From Ginglymostoma cirratum (lineage: Eukaryota), in assembly GCA_024137785.1 (NCBI GenBank), contig JAHRHZ010000115.1, positions 251,111 through 315,110 on the forward strand: a stretch of 64,000 nt of DNA, given 5' to 3'. A program made the position numbers and the translations under genes. Shown piece by piece: positions 10,766 through 23,538 of the stretch (positions within the stretch are counted from its first letter, which is position 1; every line of letters begins with the position of its first letter). The notes below the pieces were generated by a model. The model did no database searches. It saw only the letters and a program-made list of their open reading frames with translations, and had not been told where the DNA came from.

Positions 10766-10934
10766 CAGGTGTCGACGTCAACTCCTCTGTGCAAACTTGA
10801 GCTTCTGAGCACAATGCTTATAAATTCGGAAAGTGAGCTTTATTTGCATATGGGGGAATGGAAATCCAATCATACTGAATCTACTGGCAGGTTTTGACAG
10901 ATTGCCTTCATAATCAGATTGGTGCAATTTGCAC
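10766..10934 (-). promoter_or_regulatory. V-gene promoter: octamer, TATA box, E-box and CRE-like site
   Basis: ATGCAAAT (minus) 10842-10849. TTTATAA 10818-10824. CAGGTG E-box 10766-10771. TGACGTC 10774-10780. Near-octamer ATTTGCAC 10927-10934. Confidence 0.8.
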
Positions 10935-11196
10935 TTAATTAATATGAATAGATGAACAAAGACGTTCATGATAAGCTTCCTAGACGTGTTTTTTCCTCTC
11001 CCTATTGTTGTCCATGCCTCTTATTTTAATAAGTTTGGTTTGACTGTTAATTGATGCACCAATTGCACCATGACGGCCGCCTTTCTGTAGTCTCTTTATT
11101 GATCAATTTTCCTGGCTATGACAGAAATAGAAATCGCTCTGTAGGAAAGTTAAAATTCGATATTGGCAATAAAAACAACAAATAGACCAACGTTAG

Positions 11197-11330
11197 AGAC
11201 AAAAAAAATTCTGCAGATGCTGGAATCCAGTTAGAAAAAACAAGAAGCTGGATGAATACAGCAAGGACTGAAGAAACGTTGACTGTTCCTTTCCTCCAGA
11301 TGTTGCCTGGCTTGCTGGGATCAATTAGGC
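11197..11330. mobile_element. Decayed Penelope terminal-repeat fragment
   Basis: ctgcagatgctggaatcc...gatgaatacagcaagg, then ctgaagaaacgttgac...gatgttgcctggcttgctg. Confidence 0.6.
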
Positions 11331-13079
11331 CAACGTGCAGATTGATTCATTTACCATCTCTGGATATTTATGAATACTTTGGGAATGCATCATGTTCACG
11401 ATAGAATATCCAATAACGTGTTACAAATGAGGTTGCATTAAGAGTAAGGGGTACAGAATTGTGTGGTATAGAATTAACCTAAATATATCTATTTCTAAAA
11501 GTGAACAAAAAACATTGAAGGTGCATTGTAGTGCCCATGGATTTCCGTTCTGGAAGCACTTATGCTCCATGTATCTATGGAATTAACTCGCCTTTAAGCC
11601 TCAGATAAGTTAGAAAAACATGTTTGGCATCAAACTGTGAGGTTAAGTTAATTATTTAATAGGCCGTTGGGATGTTGGTAAAATTGAACGTTATACAGAG
11701 AAATCACAAATGTAGTTCAAAACTTGCAAATGTCAATTGATGTTTTTTGAAAATAAAACAGTAGTAATTTCTGCGTGTACATACCTACCCTCAGTTCCTG
11801 TGGAAGGCTGTTGCTTTAAAGAAAAGCTGATGGGAACATAAGATTTCTTTCAGGAGGAAACATACGTGCACACGCATATATAAATATATATCTTACGTGT
11901 TCTGAGCATAATTGACAATTTAAAATAATATGAATACTGAGGCTGTAATGATCAAACACCAAATGAATCTCGGGGTCCCTTGGTAAACGAGCAATGGTTA
12001 TCCCTACCTACATTACTTGAGAATGTAATGATGGACCATCTACTTTACAAATCACAGACTATCTGAATCATTTCAGCGAGCAACCCGACGTTAACAATAT
12101 TGATCAGTTCTGGAGACATGAGCATGTCAGACTGTTGAAGATGATAGAGCTTATCTGCACACGGACAGGTGGGTATTAGTTGTTATTGAGGGAAATTAAA
12201 ATTAAAACATAGCTCGTAATTTCGTGATTATTACTATTAATCCTAAATTACTAATTACCAATGGATTGATTTATCTGAAGACTCCAGCTGTTGAAGTCAT
12301 GTTATAATATTTGAAGCACTGAGACTATCTTGTATCTATTCTTCTATATTCCTGTGTTATTTTTCCATTACCTGATATGGATACTTGCCATTGCAAAGAA
12401 GAATTGTAGTTAGAATAGATTAAATTGTGAATCGATTTAGTTTAAGATTTTAACATTGTCGAGACCTACAGGATAGACCATAGGGACAGGATCAAGTTTT
12501 AGAGATTAGAATAGCAGACCACAACGCTTTGGAAGTTCATGTGAGATCAAAACTCTATGCCTTCATTCACTACTAGAAGAGATACGATTTAACAAACATA
12601 TTACTTCGGGGCAGAGGTAGATCATTCAGCTTTATAGCCCGCTTCACCACACAATAATATCAGTGCATTTCATAACTGAAGCATTTCTTATTTTTTATTA
12701 AACTTGTTCAAATGAAAGTTCGCTGCTGTTGCAACCGGTAGTCATGAAAGGTGCGCAACGACCCAAATGCTTTATTACAATTAAAATCACATGCATTACG
12801 TCCCGAAAAACATCAAAACTAGAACCCTCTATAAGGGAAAACAAATAATTTTTAATTGAACCCAGAAACTTATTTTTTTCTGAATTCTGTCTGATGGGCT
12901 ATTTTGCAGATTCTAAAATAAGGCAATGGGTGCCTTAAGTGTCGCTTTCGTGAATAGAGGTTTTTGGAATTTCAAGCAGTGACATTTTATTGCCACCTGG
13001 TATATTTATTATCGATGACAAAGGATTGCAAATCAGGGAAAATGCTTGGAATACAATTCCCAACACTATTACCGGTCAT

Positions 13080-13275
13080 TGCCACAGAAGGCTGTGTAGG
13101 TCAAATTATTGAGCAGATTTAAGATAGAGACAGGAGGTTCTTAATTAGGAGGGTGATCAGGAGTACAAGGAGAAGACAGGAGAATGGGATTGAGAAATGT
13201 ATCAGCCATGATCGAATGGTAGAGAGGACTCGATGGGCCGAATTGCCTCATTCTGCTCCTATGTCTCATATTTTA
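13080..13275 (+). mobile_element. CR1 LINE 3' end fragment
   Basis: tcagccatgatcgaatgg...gactcgatgggccgaattgcctcattctgctcctatgtct tail. Confidence 0.7.
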
Positions 13276-13609
13276 TAGCCCTTACCAACCAAATCACTTT
13301 TATAACATATATGTGGTAGGTTTTCTTTTATACCAGTAATATAACGACATCAATATAGTGAACATAAGATCCAACTGTTTCTAACATTGAGATTTGTTAT
13401 TCAGGAGGTTAGCAACCAATACGTACTGGCAACATGCAAGGATGAATTGATAAATGTAGAGATGGGCACATGGCAATAGTCTTGGCTTTTAAAAATAAAC
13501 AATATAAATTCAGTCAGATTCGAGATATCAGATAGCAGTCGATTTTAAAAGTTAAGATGTAAATGACAAAGACATCCAGAGAAATAACTTCTATCTGTGC
13601 CATTGCTAG

Positions 13610-14960
13610 TTTTGATTTGATTTGATTTATTGCTGTCACCTACCAAATTACAGTGAAAAGTGTCGTTTTGCGTGTTGTACAGGCAAATGGTACCATACAA
13701 AAGTGCATGAGGTCGCAGAACAGTGCAGAATTCAGTATTACAGATGCGGAGAAGGTGCAGAGAGAGAGGTCAACATTAACATTTGAGATATCGATTCAAA
13801 AGTCTGATAACAGCAGGGAAGAAAATGCTCTTGAATCAGTTCATATGGGTGCTCAACCTTTTCTCTATTTTGCTCGATGGAAGAGAATGGAATAGAATAA
13901 AACTGGGGTGGAAGGTGTGCTTGATTATGCTTGTTGCATTCCTGAGGTAGCAGGAAGTATTGGTGGAGTCAATGGATGGAAGGCTGGTTTGTGACTTGGA
14001 ATGGGTTGTATTCACGACTCTGTGTAGTTCCTGGTCGTCTTGGGCACAATAGTTCCTATACCACGTTGTGATGCATCCAGATAAGATGCTTTCTATAGTG
14101 CATATACAAATAAAAAATTGTAAGAATTCTTGTGGGCATGCCGACTTTCCTCAGCCTTCTGAGGAAATAGAGATGGTGTTACGCTTTCTTGACCGTTGTG
14201 TCAACATGGGTGGACAAGGGCGGATTTTTGGTGGTCGCCACTCCCAGCGACTTGACGTCTGGGCCATCTCCACCTCAGCAGAATTGATGCAGACAGGGAC
14301 GTGCCCTCCATTCTGCTTCCAGAAGTTAATGACCAGCTCCTTCGTTTTGCTAACATTGATGGAGAGATTGTTATCTTTATACCATGCTACTAAGAACTCA
14401 ATCTCTTTCCTGTATTCAGTCTCATCATTGTTGAGATGTGACCTATAATGCTGGTTTCGTCAGAGGAGCTGTAGGCAACAAATGGGAGCCTGGCCTAGGT
14501 ATCCTTGTTATCCAAATGTTCTGGAGATGGATTCCGGGGGATGGCACCTGCAGTGGGCCTGTTGCACCAGTAGGTGAATTGCAAGGATCGGGTCAATCTG
14601 ATAGGCTGGAATTGATGTGAGCCATGACCAACGTCTCGAAACAGTTCAAAAATATGGAGATTAGCACCACCGGGTGGTAGTCATTGAAGCCTGATTTTTC
14701 ACTGGCACCGGGATGATGATGGTGTTCTTGAAACAGGTGGGGACATCGGATCGAAATAAGGAGAGATTAAGATGTCAGTGAATACTCCAACCAGCTGGTA
14801 TGCACATGATCTGAGTGCATGGCCGAAGACTCCATCAGGGCCAGTCGATTTCCATGCGTTCACTCTCAAGAAGGCCGACCTAAGGAATGTGTTGGTGACA
14901 GTGGGTACAGTGCAATTGAGGCTATCAGGACAGCTGATACAGTTTCACTGATCTTATGTT
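13610..14960 (-). mobile_element. Rex1/Babar-like non-LTR retrotransposon, 5'-truncated and decayed
   Basis: Minus strand reads LYFLRRLRK.GMP...TIESILSGCITTWY near 14060-14175. (tttga)n tail at 13610-13630. Confidence 0.75.
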
Positions 14961-16134
14961 CAAAGCGAATGCAGAAGCCAACAACATACCTCCCGAAACC
15001 AGCCCCAACATCGCAGATCATGTTCACAATTCATATGGCACAAGTCAAGACTGCAATGGAATAGTTTCATCTTCAGTGAACACGCCATCAGCACTCAAAA
15101 TGCCTTATGTAATCAAAGAAAATTGGAATACGATCCTGTACCTTCAATCCTCTGCTCCTTCACTGCTGATGCACAGTGCAACAGTGTATACAAGACGCTG
15201 TTCAGTAACTTACCCAAGCCGCTTGACAGCCATTTCAAAACTCAGGACATTTATGGCCAAGAACAACAAGAGAAGAAAGACTTGGCAACACTAACTAGTG
15301 AAGAGCATCTCTGAAGAAGGATCACTGGATATGAAACTCTGCCTTCTATTCTCACATGTTGCCAGACCTGTTAATTACCCCAACAAATTTGGAAGATGCA
15401 AGAACAGGCAGCGAATATATATGGCATGTGCAAGCAAATAGGATTAATTTAGAATGGTATCCTGGACAGCACAGACATGCTGGGCCTAAGACCCTGCTCC
15501 TGTGATGTACCGTCTTAAGTTCTGTGTTTTATTCTTTTTCTCTTTTGTTTCAGAACTCCACCATCGAAACTGGGTAACTTACATCTAGGCTGGCCCAGGG
15601 GCCCATTGATCAATTTCATTCTTGCAGCAATAGATAAGTTATTAAATTAGCAGAGAAGTGCTTCATATAAAATTTCCACTTTCATACGACAGTGAATCGG
15701 TGTGCATTTTTTTTTCATGGCATTGGGCTGTTTAGGCTTTGTCATCAAGTATGTTCAAGGCTGAGATGCACGAATTTTTTTTTAATTAGAAAAGGAATAA
15801 ATTGTTTTGGGAAAAATACGGGATTAAATTTAGGATCATCAGAGCAGCCATAAACGTATTGGATGGCGGAGTAAACTCAGTGGGCTAAATGACTTACTTC
15901 TGCTTCTATGTTTTATGGTTGTATGGTCTTAATGATTGTGTTCCTATCAAATCGGTATCTTTAAGCCTTGACCAATATGTTCAACTGGAATATTTTGTTT
16001 TCTTTTACTATTTTGTTTTATTCCTAACTCAACTCATAATTCAGCACTGCGTTTTCCTCTGTTAAAGTTCATCAAGTTGCTTATTTACACGCCCCAATCC
16101 TGGCTTAACACGATGCCATACGCATTCAATGTTA

Positions 16135-16236
16135 GCTACGCATACATACGCGCATGTGCGCGTGTACACACGCCCACCGCTTCCTTCACCACCCCACATC
16201 CACCCCCCAACACACACGCACACACGCTCACGCGCA
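16135..16236. repeat. Alternating purine-pyrimidine (CA/CG) low-complexity tract
   Basis: tacgcatacatacgcgcatgtgcgcgtgtacacacg...cacacacgcacacacgctcacgcgc. Confidence 0.7.
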
Positions 16237-18772
16237 AGAAAGATTCACAGAAACTTATGGTGTTTCTTGCAATTGAATCACGAACTGTTTCATTGCCTTG
16301 CGGAATGAGGATTTGCAGATGATTTCTTAGTCTGGATGCCAGATCAGCAGATAAAGGACGTTGAAGATAGATTCTGCTGACCTGTCTGACAAACAGATCC
16401 AACTAAATGTTAATTGGAGACAGAAAGTATGGCTGGTGTCAGGTCGTATAGTCGCTACATATTTTCTGATGAGATTATCTCGTGTGTACCGCCAACCTGG
16501 ATGTTCGGAACCTCCGTTTGTACCATCAACAGCAGCAACATTATTTCATCCTCATTCCCGTTTCAACTGGTGATGACTTATTACAGGGCTCACACAGAAT
16601 ACCGTGTCAAATATTAGCTCAAACCAGTCAGAATTGGGTCCACCTCTAGAACGCTGAATTGAGTTGTGATGGTTTCTCCCAAATTTGAGACATGTGTTCC
16701 AAATAAGCTATTTATATTTGTATTTGAACTATGTCCTAAAACAGCCTTTGCATATTTTTATGGAAGAGTTAAGAGAGATACTTGGCAGTCCGGGTTTGAA
16801 GTTTAACACGTAGCTGCGAATGTGCAGTTGAAGTTGAATTCAGATCCGCCATGGTCTTATTAAGATGCGGATCAGGCTCAAACATTAGTTTTTTTTATCG
16901 TTTTCTCCTATCTCTCATACGAAGTAATCAATGGATTGGATATAAGCGCACATGAAACTACAAGGAATTCTGATCAAATGAATATGTTTCAGTGCATTTA
17001 TTAATTATCAATATTATTTCATGAATATAAACAACGACATATTCTCTTTTCATAAGTAATTGAAAATTAAAATATATTAAAGCATGTTTCTTATATTTCC
17101 TTAAAAGCAAAAGAAAAATATTAACGCCCATTGCACGTGAACTGCTTCGATATTTTATGAAGAGTAGAGAAAAGCTACCAAAATTATAATCATCCTAAAT
17201 AAAATAATGCTCATTCTTATATTTGGGCATTTTTTAACACACACATACGTCATATATGTTTATAATTTACATATATAGTGTGTAAGTGTGTCAATATCTC
17301 TCTCTTTCTGTGCAAATGTTAATCCATGAATAGAAATAATTTATTTTCAGTCCTAATGGGTTTTCAGTTCTCAATGAATATCATATTTTTACCACAGTGC
17401 ACAAGCGGGGTTCGCCCCTTTGCCACTTATATCCTGCGGTTTGCGTGTCATTAGGGAACTAAAACTGGGTGCGGACAAGTTCATTTCATGTTACCGACAT
17501 TCTTTCTGAATTTCTCAATCTTCCATTATGCTGGCGAATTATTTTCCCCTACAACAATGACCAACCAAACTATTCTCTCAAAATATTTAAATGCTGTTGG
17601 TCGTTGAAGTATTTAGTATTACATATACACCATATATTGCAATCTGTTTCACATCTGCCCTTAAAATTGGACATAAACAAGCTCAACGGTCATTCGGAGG
17701 TTCGACTGATGCTTTTATATTGAAAACTTGTTTCTATTATTTAATTGTCTCTCACAATTTCTCATATGAAATATGTTTCCAAAACGCTTTGTCGTTACTT
17801 TGAAGTTACGTTGCACAGAACTTCGAGAAAAAAAGACCCTGCCTGAGCACTTCGGTGGAAAATAGTTGGGAAAAATGCATAACCTATTTCAGACCAAAAT
17901 GGCGTTTTCTTTAAAACAAAGGTCTGGAGTTTTGTTTAATTAAAAAAACAAAAATCCGTCGCTGATTAAAATAATAACAATGATGTGGAATATGCCAAAG
18001 CTTTGAAATTAAATGGCACAGCACATTTAATTGCTCCCTGGTTTATCAGTACTACCACCTGCAGAGTTCCGCTGTGAGCCAATCCACCGAGACGAGACTT
18101 GGCAACCAATGTTTATTTACGGGTCAGCAGCTAGCAATTCTGAGAAATGAGCGCTATATTTTGCACCAAATTAACACCTTAAATGTGAATTCTAAAACAA
18201 TATTGCGAGTAAAGGGTGCACATATAAACCCACAGACTAACAACTGTTGTTTTCTTTGTGCAGTAAGTAAACTTACGAGTGTTAAATTTATTTCAGTGCA
18301 AGGCATCATCGCTCTCTGGTTCACTTTGCTTGTTATTTTAAAGAAAGGCAGTGACAAACCATTTAACCTCAGAAGTCTCCAGATATAGACACATACATCA
18401 TTATGCAAATTCGGGACGTGTTTGCACCATTTTGAACACCTCTAACACCTGCCACTGAGAGCCATATTTCGGCGCAGCTTTCATGTGAACTTTGAAAAGG
18501 CAGATTGGTATTCAGAGATGAATAGCAGTTCCAAATTGTAACATGCATAAGGTAATCATGTCATGACCAATGCTTCCAAGAAAATCCAAATAATTAATAG
18601 ACGCAAAAACGAAAACGATACAAATATGTGCAAGTAAATCTGACGTGGTCTGAGGAAGCGTGTGACACAAAACAAGGCAAAATTTGCTGGGAGAATTTCA
18701 AAAAGTTGGATACATACAAAACGCTTGGGATTCCATTGGCACAAATCGTGACTGCATGACAAAAAAAGACAC

Positions 18773-19017
18773 CTGAAAGAACAGCGGATGCCAGAAATCT
18801 AAAACAAAAACAGAAATTTCTGGAAAATCTCAGCAGGACTTGCAGCATCTGTGAAGAGAAAGCAGTTTAAACGTTTCGGGTCCCATGACTCTACTTCAGT
18901 GACCATTCTCCAGTGAGGCTTCTGTTCTGAAGAAGGATCATTGCGCGCAAAATGTCAACTCTGATTTCTCTCCACAGATCCTGCCTTGCTGAGATTTTCC
19001 AGCATTTTCTGTTTTTC
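18773..19017. mobile_element. Penelope-derived palindromic element (diverged)
   Basis: Arms aaaaacagaaatttctggaaaatctcagcagg / tgctgagattttccagcattttctgttttt, with a central ctgaagaaggatc. Confidence 0.75.
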
Positions 19018-19949
19018 TTTCGTGAATGCTTTCCATGAAATCATGGAGTTATCTTTTAAGTACAGTTTTGATAGTTTGCGACTGAACTCCACGGAGCTTA
19101 GAATGAGACCGTATCTTCCTGCAACATACAAGTCTGTGTGAAAACATTACACGATAAATTCCGAAACACTGCTCCACCTTCTGGTAGATGCTCAAACTAA
19201 TGCAATGTAACATAAATGTAAGAGGTTTCCAAGTTAGGAAGGCGATGAGGAGAATTATGCAATTTCTAAGAGGGCCTTGAGACCGTAGAAGTAAAAAAGC
19301 AGAGTATGATATTTTTCTCAGACGGCCGTAAGAGTGAAGAAAAGGAAACTGGGTCATCAAATGTACTGTAGGAAGAGTTAGCTTGACTCCTAACTCACAA
19401 GATAGCTGAAAAAACGTTGGCAGGAAAGTAGGTATGCACCACAATCAAATTATTATTGAGATGATAGAATTGTGGACCAGGTTGCAGAAACGAACGAGCA
19501 ATCCCTGATTCTGACACATCTATTGCCACCTTCACGCTGCTAGAAGAAAAGCTGGATGCTGTTGTTTTGAACGATGAACTAGTCATTTCTTGACGATCCC
19601 TGGTTGCTCTGAGTATGGTGTGGGTGAGCCTGCCTCATGAAGTGTTGTACTCTGTGTGGTTCAGAGAGGCCCGCACAAACTGTTAAGAAGGATACGTTCT
19701 TCACTTAATTTGGTTTTAAAAACACGTACAAATAAGTTGTGCCAAACCAATCACTGGTATCACGGGATAACACACGACATAAACCACCTGCAAGTTCTCC
19801 TTGTAGATGACACAACCCTGCCCAGAAAATAAATCACTATTCCTTCTCTTTCGCTGGTTGAATAGTCTTGAAACCATTTTCATAGCAGCAACATGGATGC
19901 CTCTTTACTCTGGAGGGTGTACAACATTTCAAGAAGACAGTTCCTCTGG

Positions 19950-22900
19950 GATAATTATTATCACTCGACTATTAATCCAGAAACTCAGCTAATACAATAG
20001 GGACATGGGATCGAATCCTACCACAGCAGATGATGGAATTTGAATTCCAATTTTTAAAAAATCTGGAATTAAGAATATAGTAATGACCATGAAATCGATG
20101 TTAATTGTCAGAAAATCCCAGAGAAGGAAATCTGCTATCTTCACCTGATCTGGCGTACATGTGACTGCAGACCCACAGCAATGTGGTTGATTTTCAATTG
20201 CCCTCTAAATGGCCTAGCAAGCCATTCAGTTGTACCAATCGCTACAAAGTCTGAAAGAAATGAAACCAGACGGATCACCTGGCATTGACTGACATACTGG
20301 AAAATATAAAAGTAGAAATAGCCCTGTGGACGCTGCAAAGTCCTCCTTACAAACATCTAGGGGTGAGTGCCAAAATTTGGAGAGCTGTCTCAAAGACTAG
20401 TCAAGCTACAGTCTGACAAAGCCATACTCATGGAATCATGCTGTACAGACACCACCATCACTATCCCTGGATATGCCTGGATATCTCTGGCAGGACAGAT
20501 CCGACAAAGATGGCAGTACAATGGCATACAGTCGGGAAGAAGTTGCTCTGGGAGTCCTCAGCATTGGCTGCGGACACCATGAAGTCTCATGGCGCCAGAT
20601 TAAGCATGGGCAAGGAAACTGCCTACCGATTACCATGCACCATCCTCACTCAGCTGATGAATCAGTATTCGTCCATGTTGAACAACACTTGAAGGAAGCA
20701 CGGAGGATGGCAGGGGTAGATTTCAATGTCCAGTACCACCAAGAGTGGCTCGGTAGCAGTACTATAGATGGCGTTGGTCGGATCCGAAAGGACATAGTTG
20801 CCAGTGTGGTTCTGTGGCAGGTGGTAAGGGAACCAACAAGAGGGAAAAAAAACTTGACCTCATCCTTACCATCATGCCAGCTGCAGTAGCATCTGTCCAT
20901 GACATTATCAGTAAGAACGACCACCACGCAGTCCTTGTGGAGATGAAGACACGCTTTCACATTCAGAATAACGTCCCTTATTTTGTGTGGCATTATCACC
21001 GTGCTAAATGGGAAAGATTTCAAACATATCTAGCAACTTAAGACTGGGCATCCATGAGGCGTTATGGGCCATCAATAACAGCAGAACTGTACTCCAGCTC
21101 AATGTGTAACCTCATGGCCAGGCATATCACCCACCCAAGTATTACCATCAAACAAAGGGATCAACCCTGGTTTAACGGAGAGTGCAGGCGGGCAAGCCAG
21201 GAGCAGCACCAGGTATACCAGAAGATGAAGTGTGAACCAGTGAAGCCACCAAACATGACTACTTGCATGCCAACAGCATTAGCAACAATAGATAGATCGA
21301 AGCAGTCCCACAACAAACGGATCAGATCTAAGTTCTGAAGTCATGCCACATCCAGTCATGATTGGTGGTGAATGATTAAACAAAACACCAGAGGGGGAGG
21401 CACCACAAATATCTCTATCCACAATGATGGAAGACACCAGCACATCAGTGTAAAAGATAAGGCTGAAGATTTCGCAGCAAACTTCAGCCAGAAGTGGCGA
21501 ATGGATGATCCATCTTAGCCTCCTCCAGTGATCCCCACCTTGCAGGTATCAGTCTTCAGCCAATTCGATTCACGCCAAGTGATATCAAGAAAAGGCTGGA
21601 GGCAATGGATAATGCAAACGTTCCATGCCTGACAAAATTCCGGCAATAGTACGGAAGACTTGTTCTCTACAACCTGCCACTCCCCTGGGCAAGCTCTTCT
21701 AGTATAGTTACAACACTGGCATCTAACTGACAACTTGGAATATTTCCCAAGTATGCCCTGTTCGTAGAAAACAGGAAATATCCAACCTGGCCAGTTACTG
21801 CATATCAGTCTATTATCTATCATCAGTAAAGTGATAGAAGTTGTCATCAATAATGTTATCACTCAGCACCTGCTCAAAAGTAACCTTCTTTGTGATGGAC
21901 TTTTGGGATTCGCCAAGGCCACTCAGCTCCTGACCTCATTACAGCCTTGGTTCAAGCACAGAAAAAAAAAGGAGCTGAATTCCAGAGGTGAGTTCAGAGT
22001 GACAACTCTTGACATCAAGGCTACATTCCCCGACGTGTGGCATCAAAAAACGCTAGCAAAACTGGAATCACTGGGTATCAAACTCTCCAGTAGCTGGGGT
22101 CATACTGGACACATAGGAAGATGGTCGTGGTTGCGGGAGGTCAGTCATCTCAGCACTAGGACATCTCTGCATTGCTTCCTCAGGGTAGTGCCCTTAGATC
22201 AACCAACTTCAACTGCTTCATCAGTGACATCCCCTCTACCATAATGTTGGAAATGGGGGTGTTCAATGATGAATGCCAACACCATTCACAATTCCGAAGA
22301 TACTTCAGCAGTCCAAATTCAAACATAACAAGATCAATACAATATTCAGGCTCCAGCTGACAAGTGACAAGTAACATTTGAGCCACAGAAATGCCAAGCA
22401 TTGACCATCAGCAGTAAGAGACAATCTAACCAATGTCCCTTGACATTCAATTGTGTTACCATCGTTGAATCACCCACCGTGGCCATTGTTGAGGTTAACA
22501 TTGACCAGAAACTCAAATGGACTCGCCACATAAACACAGTAGCTACACGAGCAAGTCAGAGGCTATGATTACTGCTGCGGGCAACTTACCTCCTGACTCC
22601 CTAAAGCCTGTCCACCATATATGAAGCACAACTCAGGAGTGTGATGGCATAATCTCCATTTGTTTGGATGAATCTAGCCCCATCAATATTCAAGAAGCTT
22701 AAAACCATCCACGTCAAAGCAGCCCACTTGATTGGCTCCACATCCATTGGTATCCATTCCTGCCAACGCCAACGCTGAGTAGCAGCAGTGTGTATTATCT
22801 ACCAAAACACTGCAGAAATTTACCGAAGATACTCAGACAGCATCTTTTAAATCCACGACCACTTTCAACCAGAAGAACAAGGGCAACAGATATATAGGAA

Positions 22901-23130
22901 TACCACAACCTTCAAGTTCCCCTCCAAGGCACTCACCATCCTGACTTGGAAACATATCGCCAATCCTTCCTTATTGCTGGTTTAAAATTCTAGAATTCCC
23001 TCCATAGTGGCATTGTGGGTCAACCCACAGCAGGGTGACTGTAGCAGTTCAAGAAGGCAGCTCACTACCAGCTTCTCAAGGGCAACTAGGGACGGCCAGC
23101 AAGCGACACCGACATCCCACAATTGGATAC
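19950..23130 (+). mobile_element. Near full-length decayed LINE (APE endonuclease + RT, CR1/L2 group) with tRNA-like 5' head and no ORF1
   Basis: APE fragments (PKFGELS, TITIPGY, QDR, DFNV, LDLILT, DHHAV) 20350-21000. RT motifs (LDIKATF.DVWH, LPQGSAL, VFNDE for the FADD motif) 22000-22280. Many stops and frameshifts. Confidence 0.85.
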
Positions 23131-23169
23131 ATGTTAAATGTTGTCTTTGTTACATAGAAAAGAAGAGTT

Positions 23170-23538
23170 ACCTGATTAGTTAAAGGGGGGTACAGATAGG
23201 TTTAGTGGTAGGTGTTTTTGTTTTTAACCAAGGAGCAGGGATTTCAAAACAAGGCACATATATATGGTGAGAAGAGAAAGATTTTAAAAAAGACATGAGG
23301 AGCAATGTTTTACTCAGATGGTGGTTTGCGTGCAGAATAAACTTCCTGAGGAAGTGATGGATGCGGGCACAGTTACAAAGTTTAAAGGACACTTAGATAA
23401 GTACATGAATAGGAATGTTTCGGACGGACATGGGCCAGGAACAGACAGGTATGACTAGTTTAGTTGAGGTTATGTTCGGCATGGACTATTTGGACAGAAG
23501 GGTCTGGTTACAAGCTGTACGACTCTATGAATCTATGA
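23170..23538 (+). mobile_element. CR1 (HER1-like) 3' fragment
   Basis: aggagcaatgttttactcagatggtgg...gactctatgaatctatga tail. Confidence 0.75.

Noticed and set aside
16339-16390. Short hairpin cagatcagcaga / tctgctgacctg as a miRNA
   Set aside because: The stem is short and imperfect with a large loop, probably repeat debris.
17393-17431. CACAGTG heptamer as an extra RSS
   Set aside because: No nonamer at 12 or 22/23 spacing and no adjacent coding segment.
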